Assembly: GCA_951406725.2 (NCBI GenBank)
Contig: OX597822.1
Span: 105,710,001 to 105,774,000 of the forward strand
Direction: 5' to 3'
DNA length: 64,000 bases
From: Octopus vulgaris
Lineage: Eukaryota
This document shows positions 54,279 through 64,000 of the stretch, in pieces. A program made the translations under genes and the position numbers. The notes under the pieces were generated by a model, which saw only the letters and a program-made list of their open reading frames with translations, had not been told where the DNA came from and ran no database searches. How positions within the stretch are numbered: position 1 is the first letter of the stretch; every line of letters starts with the position of its first letter.

Positions 54279-54891
54279 TTATTATTATTATTATTACTAT
54301 TATTATTATTAGTTGTAGTTGTAGTAGTAGCAGCAGCAGTAGTAGTGGTAGTAGTAGCAGCTTTTTCCCTTGTATTGCAAGAATCCAAAAGACCAAGTGC
54401 TTCCTCGAAAGTGTTACCATTAAACGCCATATTAAACCGGTATGTCGTAAGCTCTACTGTGTAAAGCATATTATTCAGCAATTTTCAGTATATGAAGCCA
54501 TTTAAAGATGTATTTCTTCTTTGCAAGATCAGAAGGATAGCAATCTCGAATTTATTGCAAAATGATTAACCAGAATGCAAAGCGTCACTCGTTCACAGTG
54601 AAACATGATACTCTTTTGCTCTTCCTGTTGAGAAAATTGGCTCTGAATACAAGCTGAGCTGTATAATGTTATTAGGTAAATATTATTAGGTAAATATGAT
54701 TGGAAAATATGATTATTGGGCAAATATGGATGGAAACTCACCTGATAGTTAAATATTTGAGAATGTTTCGATTAAAAGGCATCTATTTTAACACATGTCA
54801 TTATATTTCATATAACGAAATATCAAGACACGTGTAAATGTATTGTTTTGAACCTGTAATAAACGCATATACACATGTGTATATATGTATG

Positions 54892-55222
<331 letters not shown>

Positions 55223-57269
55223 TGTATATATGTGTGTGTGTGTGTGCGTGTGTGTGTGTGTATGCATGTGTGTATGTGTGTGTGTGTCTGTGTATGTATA
55301 CACGTACCCACTCACACATACGAACACATATGTTATTGTGACTTGTTTCATTATGGCTAAAATATACGTATAAAACAAACATGGAGAAAGACGATGTAGT
55401 TCTATGTATAAACATTATCTTGTTTTGTATAAACGGAGAAAGGAGATTCTGTACGAATCAAAGCCTTTGTCTAATTCATTATCAAATATCATTGGAAATA
55501 AATAGACCCTTTCTGGTATCGAAACTGCAATTTGGGTTTAACTCTCGTATCCGTAGCCAAGTTCCTGGTGGGACTTATGTAATATTGGTAATAAAGACGT
55601 CAATGTGACAACGCTTTCTTTAACTGTTGTTTTATCAAAAGCTGACACTGAAGTTTATCGTATTTAACCAAAGTTTTTAATTCTTTTGCCTCTTATGTTA
55701 TTAAGCTCTACATCTTTACAAACGATAATGTTTTAGTTTTGTTATATTGATTGGAAAGAGATATTTATTGTCATACTTAAATTTTGCACTGTATATATAC
55801 ATTTAAACTCAATTTTGCTTTCGCTATCGTATCAATCATCTCAAAATAAATCCTATTTGTTTTATGAGATTTCTGCGATTTGATCCTTTTTGTATCAGAA
55901 TGAACACTTATCAAAATATCAGATGCTTTAATCCAATTGAACGTTCTTTTTTCTGTTCTTTTCAATACCGGATATAGCATTTGTTCAATCTCTTGTGTTC
56001 CCACAATTCATGTCAAAAAGATAGGAGAAACTTTGATTTTATAAAGGCACATGATATTGAAATATATTTCTAACAATTAATTGCTATTTCCTTGGCACAT
56101 GCGTTTCCAGCCAGCTCTACAATTACATTATCTTACGAGTATTTTTGCTTCGAAATATCGATTTCAGATACATCCCAGAGAGAGAAGAGGTTGTTATCAG
56201 ATCTTACCGGAAATTGTTTTCAACACATTATTAACATTACTAATGAATCACCAATTGTTTCTGTTGTAGTATTTGCTATTCAAAGATGAACAACTTGCGT
56301 AGGATATAATTTCATACATTTGGATCATTTATTATTGTAAATCGTTATGAGTGGAACAGCCAAGAGAATGAAAAGAGAATAAAGCATATGATACAGTAAA
56401 AATAGCAATGTCGATTGAAAAGTTTATGGCTCGGTGATGAATAAAAAAAAAAGATATGGGACCTTACTGGTAAACAGCTTCTCAATGCTTCACAGTTCAT
56501 AGTCCTCCACGTTTGAAATTCTGTCGATATCGGTAGTGCGGGTCATATCAAATATTTGACCATCGATTATACTTTTGAACTACAAACTTGTCAAGAATGA
56601 CCTTATCAAAAATTAACCTTGTCAAAATAATTTTATTGATATCATCGTTAATGTATTCAGTAGTTCATAGAATATGTTCAGAATCAATTGGACAGCTAAA
56701 GACTTATAGAAATAATTATTGACACATTGTTTGAATATATTTTCTTAATATTCTATAAAATCAATCATATCTCATTATCCGCGATTTAGATATTGCAAAT
56801 ACAGAGACCGGTGCTATCAATGCCACTCAAATATATTTGGAACCTAGATTAGAAACTAAGAATTTTTAGTAAAACGCCAATGAATCTTCTTTTTACATGA
56901 TTTATCATGCTCATTGTAAATGCAAAGATTAATTATACTATTCCACTGATTGAGAGATAATTGCTGACATATCGAATTGTAATTCTGAAATATATACATC
57001 TAACACGAAAAAATACATTTCCTCTAACGTACAACAGACACTTATGCTGTTCCAAATATATGTTATAGTGAGATAAGTTTTATTCCGAGTTAAGTATGTT
57101 TTATTCAGAGACAAACATAGGCGTCTTTCTCATATCAAAGGCTCGTTGTGGCCGATTAATAAAAGCTAAAAGTGAAGAAAGGGGTTTGGAATTATATACG
57201 CACCATGTGCTACTTTGCTTTACAAAAATGTTAGGAGGAATATTTGTTTCAAAAAGTTTTGTTTCAAAA

Positions 57270-57455
57270 ATTCCGGGGAGGGATTAAAGCGATTACAACG
57301 AACCCAGTGCTCAACTGGCACCTATTTTATCGACCACCCCCGGAAGAAATGAAAAATAAAGTCAACCCGGCCGAATTTGAATTCAGACCTTACAAAAGAT
57401 GGAATGTCGCTAAGCATTATTCTCGGTGTGCTAACGATTCTACCAACTTACCGCC
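57270..57455 (-). mobile_element. SINE-B, degenerate copy
   Basis: tatcgacc..ggaagaaatgaaaaataaagtcaacccggccgaatttgaa..gtgtgctaacgattctacc. Confidence 0.7.
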
Positions 57456-57499
57456 TAATGTTATGAGTAATATACCTATACATACATACATACACATAC

Positions 57500-57588
<89 letters not shown>

Positions 57589-57720
57589 CATATATATATA
57601 CATATACACATGCATATACATATATATACATACATACAAACTTGTCACAGTGTGATGACGGGAACATAGTAAGGATCATCCATCATCTCTTGTCAGATCG
57701 TAGCTTTTCCGTCCAGTATG

Positions 57721-57774
57721 TAATGCTGAAGAGGAGATAACTACTCCGAAATACATACAACTATGTATGCTTAG
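57721..57774 (+). ncRNA. Hammerhead-like motif with looped 6-bp stem III, probably inactive
   Basis: CUGAAGA-ggag(auaacua)cucc-GAAA-uacaua(caac)uaugua-UG; G at the cleavage position and poor stem I. Confidence 0.55.
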
Positions 57775-58161
57775 AACACGCTTTGAACTCATTCGATGTG
57801 TCTTCTGTGAGGAATTTTCTCCTTGACTAAAGGCAGTAAATGTTTTTCTTATGGGTTTGAATATACCTTTAGCATATTTAAGCTAGTAACAAGTTTGTTT
57901 TAATATACATTACTGCTTAGCGCTTCTACTCCGTATTTTATTCATGGAGAGCCACTAATTAGCGCAGCGCGGCGCAGTACGATGACGAAAATATAATAAA
58001 TGATACCCATCATCTCTTGTTTACTTGAGTAGTAGAACCACGTGCTCATTGAACTGTTGTGGCAGAGTATTCCATCAATGCGTGTAATCTTAATCGTAGA
58101 TCTCCAGCAAAATAAGCTTGAGTAAGCGTTTGGCATGTCTAAGCTATTGTAATATTTGTAG

Positions 58162-58556
58162 TGGATGGGATGGAAGCACTCCGTCGGTTACGACGACGAG
58201 GGTTCTGCTTGATCCGAATCAACGGAACAGCCTGCTCGTGAAATTAACGTGCAAGTGGCTGAGCACTCCACAGACACGTGTACCCTTAACCTAGTTCTCG
58301 GGGATATTCAGCGTGACACAGAGAGTGACAAGGCCGGCCCTTTGAAATACAGGTACAACAGAAACAGGAAGTAAGAGTGAGAGAAAGTTGTGGTGAAAGA
58401 GTACAGCAGGGATCACCACCATCCCCTGCCGGAGACTCGTGGAGCTTTTAGGTGTTTTCGCTCAATAAACACTCACAACGCCCGGTCTGGGAATCGAAAC
58501 CGCGATCCTATGACCGCGAGTCCGCTGCCCTAACCACTGGGCCATTGCGCCTCCAC
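58162..58556 (-). mobile_element. SINE-C full length
   Basis: Reverse complement of 29512-29898; TSD aatatt(t/a)gtag. Confidence 0.95.
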
Positions 58557-60500
58557 AATATTAGTAGAATCGATGCAGCATTTCTGCCAGTCTAGTTTCA
58601 CTCCAAATAAATGGGTTGGCTGAGTGCTAACGAAAGATAAATTTTCTCTAAAATGTCATATAGTGGCACTGAATCTGAGGGGTCGTGGTTGCAAAGCGAA
58701 CAATTAAAACCTGTGTTGACTACTCATGAAATGTTCTGAAGAATTGTCCAGCTTCTTATGTTACGATAAAACTACATTTGCTCAACTGTATGAATGGTTT
58801 TATGTACAGAGGGCGCTGTAAAATGTATACAATTGGTATGCCATTCATTGTTGACGTTGATGATGTAACTGAACAGGCGTTCGGGAACAGTTATACAAAT
58901 ATAGAATGAATATTTTTTTCCCTCCTGGGATTGATGCAATCTTTGTACTCTCTCCATCAAAACAGTCTTCTGTAAAAATTTCGGAAACATTATTGTTATT
59001 AACAGCAACAAACGCAGTAACTCAGTGATATTATTCAATGATGTTCATATAATGATGTTCTTTGATACAAACGAGGTATATTTGATACAATCGAGTCCCG
59101 GTACATCGCTAGATTTTATAGACCTCTGGACAGAAAAAAGAGAAACTCAACTCACAGACATTTGGAGGTAGACGTAAAAACAATGTATTACAGCTGATAC
59201 TACCACCGCCAATTTAACACAAACGGTTCGTCTACCCTAACAAACGTTATAATAAATATTTCTAACTTAAGGCCTCTCATTTTATGAAAAGGTAATTGTC
59301 ATTTATATCGACCTAGTTGCTTGATAGGTAAATATTTTAACCACACCGGAAATATGAAACGAAAATGCAAACAGTTTGAGATACGAAACCATACATTCTT
59401 TTTCGCCATGGCGAGATCGTTCGAATAATGATGCCATTTGAAGTATGACTAATTTGATTTCCTATCTAATACATATAGTAGGTTAACAGAATACACTTAG
59501 AAAGAAATTGTCGAGATACACGATGCACAATGAAAGAAAGCCATTATTAACACTAAGATGTTGGACTGACACTACTGACATTATTTCCCAGAACCCTTTC
59601 ATTTGACCAAAGTACTTCACTTGTGTCTATTGAAAAAGTAACAAACTCTTAGTCAACTATACTTGAATTCCAGAGCAAAATGTCAAACATTCATCGGTCA
59701 CGTGTTGGACAAACCTAAATAAATAAGAAGGAAAAGAAGCATAAATTTACGATTTCTACGCTGGAGACTTAACATTTTTTGCTGGAGTGATTATTTTGTT
59801 TATGTGAAAAAATCTAGGTTTTTATGAAACAAAATATGATTCTAATACAATATTACATATTACATACACATATACAAATGCACGCACACATAAACACACA
59901 TACACACGCATACACAGAAATAAACAGAACAGAGATGTATATATATTAAAGGTATATATAATTATATTTATACATGTAATTACAATAATAATGGCTCTAA
60001 CAGGTAGGGCCACAAGCTGAAGATAGAATTAGATTTATATACAAGCTAAATCTAATTTATTTTCCTCTAGACATTTGTGGATATGACTATGGATACGTGG
60101 TATTCGTACTAGTATGTGTAAATGTTAATTTCTATGTGCATTTGGTCGCACCATATTGAAGAGGGTCAGGAGTTTTTATTTTCTAAACCCGAAATCGATA
60201 TATTGCTAAACCTTTTTTATAAATCCTATTTGTTCACTTTCCTCGCTTTCAATACGTGCTAATGGAGCAAATAGCTGTAGTTCTTAGCGCTATTTGGCGT
60301 CTACCTCCGGCATGAGGCCCTACTTGTTAGAGCCCTTGTTATTGTAATTCTAACATGGAAAATTCATGTAGCAAAATTCCCGCTAGTAACAAGGATGTTG
60401 CGACCTATTCAAAAGTAGAAACTTCGGGTTAATGTGCAGTAATTTGTGTAGTATAAGTAAATAAATGGAGTTGAACGCAGGTGTTATTCAAATTCTTTTA

Positions 60501-60586
60501 CTTTCGACATATGTTTCGAAGACAACATTTGTTTTATTCCAAAGGAATAAACTGTGTAAAATAATATAATCTTCTCATCAGGAAAG
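60501..60586 (-). ncRNA. Type-I hammerhead ribozyme, canonical core, long structured loop II
   Basis: cuuuc-CUGAUGA-gaaga[~47 nt including uuuauucc-uuu-ggaauaaa]ucuuc-GAAA-cauaug-UC-gaaag; GUC triplet. Confidence 0.88.
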
Positions 60587-60661
60587 AAAGGGAACCTATC
60601 TCAACAACAATACATTATAACTATTTTGTTGTTGAGATAGGTGGTCACTCATCTGTATACA

Positions 60662-60694
<33 letters not shown>

Positions 60695-60743
60695 GCATGC
60701 ATTCATACATGCACACATACATACATGTATATTCTAACCTCGT

Positions 60744-61120
60744 CAGAAGTTTAGGTTTATACCTGTAATTATTGGGGCCCTATGATATGTAACATACTAC
60801 CTAAATAACAATCTTGAGAAATTAGGCTTCTCAAAACCAGAAAGGAGAAAGCTAATCCGAAGGCTACATACACAATCCATCACTGGAACTGTAAAAATCT
60901 ACAAAACTTCCCAGAAGTCTATCATATAAATATATATATGTAGATATGTAGCTCTATGCATGAAAATACGTACATAAAACAAAACATAAAAATTTGTACA
61001 TATACATATAAACAAACAAAAATACATCGTTGTTGATGTTGAAATGCCAGTGAATGAGCCTTGGAACCGGCTCTTTCTTAATTGGGAAGAACTCTTGAAA
61101 TAAAAATTTATAATGATATA
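60744..61120 (+). mobile_element. 3' end of an RLE-type (R4/NeSL-like) non-LTR retrotransposon in (CATA)n
   Basis: 60744-60929 reads KFRFIPVIIGAL*YVTYYLNNNLEKLGFSKPERRKLIRRLHTQSITGTVKIYK, the 'P.IIGALG...L..LG' RLE C-terminus. Confidence 0.7.
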
Positions 61121-61217
61121 CATACGTATGTACGCACGTACGTTCATACATATATACATACATACATACATACACACATAGATACACACATACATATATA
61201 CATACATACCTACGTAA

Positions 61218-61258
<41 letters not shown>

Positions 61259-61517
61259 AAGACAGCTGTTGATCTCTCAACTGTTACTCACAGTTATTTA
61301 CTTATTAATGAATATAAGCTAAGTATTTGTATCTTTTGTTTTACCCCCAAAACGTTTATGAGTCAGAGCCATTTATCATCGGAAAAGCATTGATTATGTT
61401 TTTATTATCGGCAGGAACATTACTTATCAGGATCTCAACAAACGCGGTCACGCAGTTGTGACTTCGGCACAGTTTTGAACATGATTCGTTTATCGCGTTA
61501 CTATTATTTCGTTAACC

Positions 61518-61665
61518 ATAGCTGTTCCTTTGCTCCAGAAGAAGAGTAGAATTCGCTAATCCGCGCAGTATGGGACGAAGGGTATAACAAAGCAGAAATA
61601 AATCGAAATCTTTCAGCGTAGAATGGGAGAAATGCGTTGCTGTTAAGAGACAATCTAAGAATGGA
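61518..61665 (+). pseudogene. Mariner transposase N-terminal fragment
   Basis: EE*NSLIRAVWDEGYNKAEINRNLSA*NGRNALL..EW resembles the mariner HTH 'EEQRSVIRFL..EG...AEI.R.L...YG..AL....VYEW'. Confidence 0.6.
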
Positions 61666-61988
61666 GTATATATACTTGTTCATTTAAGTGTAAAAGAAAA
61701 CAGTGAAAAATGCATTGACGCAATAAAGATATATAGTTGAATTGATGTCATTCGTTCGAAAATGGGGGATCACCCATTAGTACTCTGAATTACATCTTAT
61801 TATCATTTTTTTTACGATATAAAAATGTACACATGCAAGAAATACTGAGTAGCAATGGAATCTTGTCATTAACACAAAAAAGTATACATATATACATACA
61901 TACATACATACATGCATACATACATACATACATACATACATACAAACATACATACATACATACATGTATACGTACACAATGTGTGTGC

Positions 61989-62019
<31 letters not shown>

Positions 62020-62035
62020 CATATATATATATATA

Positions 62036-62187
62036 TCAGCAAAATTTAGATTCAGATGAATATGCTACTTAAGTTAAAGGCACCAGAATTTGGTATGGTA
62101 TTCTCCATATAAATAAAATGGGGTGATTATAATCAAAATAAGCAGCAAGGATATCCATACCTTGGATATCGATCTTGCTTATTTTGA
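62036..62187 (+). mobile_element. Intermediate copy of the fold-back repeat family
   Basis: Same 5' part as 46398; hairpin reduced to caaaataagca..gatatcca-tacct-tggatatc..tgcttattttg. Confidence 0.85.
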
Positions 62188-62245
62188 GTGCATATATATA
62201 TATGTGTGTGTGTGTGTGTGTCTCTGTGTGTATGTATATATATAC

Positions 62246-62288
<43 letters not shown>

Positions 62289-62293
62289 TATAC

Positions 62294-62362
<69 letters not shown>

Positions 62363-62728
62363 TATATGTATGTATGTATGAAAATATGTATATATGTACG
62401 TAAGGTTTGTATGTATGAAAAATATATTATTCTACACGGGTAGAAATATACAAAAATGAAGATGAAAATGCATTGCCAGGCTTTTAATTCTAAAGGCTTT
62501 ATATGCATGTTTCAAGAGTTATTGCTCTTTCATTAACACCGGATCCACACGGGGGCGTTGCTGATGGAAGAGTATGAAAAGCCTTTTAAATATATACCAT
62601 CAGTGCATTTTCAACTTGTATGCATGTATATCTACACATAAATATATATGTTTATATATATGCATGCACGTGTGTATGTGTGGGCTATTATTTATTCATT
62701 TTCTGTTGTGTTAAAACAAATGTTTGTC

Positions 62729-63090
62729 GGAGCACTGGGATAGATTGTGCCAAGGACTCCAAATTTGCCATCAAGATGTAGGACAAGATACTGTGATAGC
62801 TTGGGCTTCCGAGGCCCACATCTCTTCGATATCCTCCCAAAGAACCTAAGAGACCTGCATGGGGTGGATGCAGATGCCTTTAAAATGAAACTGGATCTCT
62901 TCTTGTCAGGTATCCCAGATGAACCAACTTCACGGCAGGAGGTGCAGATGAGGGCAGCTGCATCGAACTCTCTCATGCACCAAATGGCAATTGCTAAAAA
63001 ACATTCGTGAAGTAAAATCATGTAGCAACACCAAATGGCGGTGCCCCAGCATGGCCACAGCTTGTGAGCTGAAACTAGATAACTAAGATT
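62729..63090 (+). mobile_element. 5'-truncated CR1/L2-group LINE 3' end (ORF2 C-terminus plus 3' UTR)
   Basis: ORF 62747-63010 SLGFRGPHLFDILPKNLRDL..FKMKLDLFLSGIPDEP..AAASNSL; UTR ggcggtgccccagcatggccacagcttgtgagctgaaac. Confidence 0.85.
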
Positions 63091-63182
63091 TAAAAAATAG
63101 TCGTTGCTTCTCCACTCATGAGGAATTCTTTCAAATCATTTCTGAATATAATTTTCCTATTATATCACAACTTTATTTAACT

Positions 63183-63385
63183 GACAGAATCGTTAGCATG
63201 CCTGACAAACTAATTAGCGGCATTTCGTCCGTCTCTCGACGATCTGGGTTCAGATTCCAGCGTTGTCGTATTGGCCTTTCGTGGTAGAAAAAATAAGTTC
63301 CAGCTGAATACTAGAATCGATGTAATCGACTCCCCATTCTGCAACTCCTAATGATCATGGCTAGTGCCTATAATAGAAAAACCAA
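63183..63385 (+). mobile_element. SINE-B, degenerate B1-tailed copy
   Basis: cagaatcgttagcatgcc..gcggcatttcgtcc..gtgcctataatagaaa. Confidence 0.7.
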
Positions 63386-64000
63386 TTATTATTATTATTA
63401 TTATTATTAACTCACGGCTTATTTTGCTGGGTATGATGGAAAGTGTTAGCTGTCCACAACCAGCAGACTAAGGTGACACTTGTTTACTGGTCATGCTTCA
63501 AGAACTCTGCGAAGAATTCTTGCACCAATAATTTTTAGGCATGTTGGTAGTTGAGTGTTGATACTTCCAAGTGCACCAGTTACTATTGGTATCACGTCTA
63601 CTCTCTTCATTGACAACAACCTTCGTATTTCATTCTTCAAATCGGCATAGTTGTTTATTTTTTCTTCTTTGACATTGATCTTGTTGTCACATAGGCATGC
63701 TATATCGATTATCATACATGTTCTTTCTTTTTATTCACCACAACAATGTCCGGTTTCCGATGGACATTGGTCGGGTGATCGCACTGGATCATTGCATCCT
63801 ACAGGATTTTGTAATTTTCATGTTCAGTGACTCCTTCAGAGGTTCTTTCATACCACGTATTTGCGCTCTGTAGGCCTTGATTTCCACAAAGTACCCAATG
63901 GATCATCCTTGCCACATTCTCATGACGTCTTTCGCGTATTAGCGTTGTGCCAATTTCGGGCATTCGCTAACGATGTGCCATACCTTTTCACCCCTCTTAC
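63386..64000 (-). mobile_element. R4/Dong-type LINE 3' part: zinc knuckle and restriction-like endonuclease, (TAA)n tail; runs off the window
   Basis: WHIVSECPKLAQ..RRHENVARMIHW..RKPDIVVVNK..CMIIDIAC..EEKINNY..VIPIVTGALG; 3' UTR ends in (taa)n, consistent with Dong-type TAA targeting. Confidence 0.9.

Noticed and set aside
56051-56289. Signal-peptide-like start plus REKR furin-like site
   Set aside because: Requires a frameshift; no splice or homology support.
58772-59038. 88-aa minus-strand ORF with an acceptor-like tttttacag
   Set aside because: No recognisable product or donor site; length expected by chance.

Overview
Eukaryotic, very AT-rich, repeat-dominated 64 kb window with no confidently identifiable host gene. 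The extreme (TA)n/(CA)n/(CATA)n/(GATA)n/(TAA)n density and the tRNA-derived SINE families are most consistent with an octopod cephalopod genome (inference). Nearly all ORFs in the supplied track are microsatellite or SINE artefacts. Supported content: four tRNA-SINE families (my labels A, B, C, D); remnants of R4/Dong-type and CR1-group LINEs; a Penelope-like element (PLE) with a GIY-YIG endonuclease; a Chapaev3-like transposase; two mariner fragments; an 8-bp-TSD MITE; and a Helitron-like 5' end. The most striking signal is a dispersed set of minimal type-I hammerhead ribozyme motifs, many beside microsatellites or inside fold-backs. Some have non-canonical cores, including a G3:C8 swap of the C3:G8 core pair and a possible U3:A8 swap. 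Also notable: SINE-B forms head-truncated ~185-bp tandem multimers, and SINE-A shares a covarying 3' stem-loop with a LINE in the same window. Coordinates were read by eye; ends of degenerate elements are approximate.
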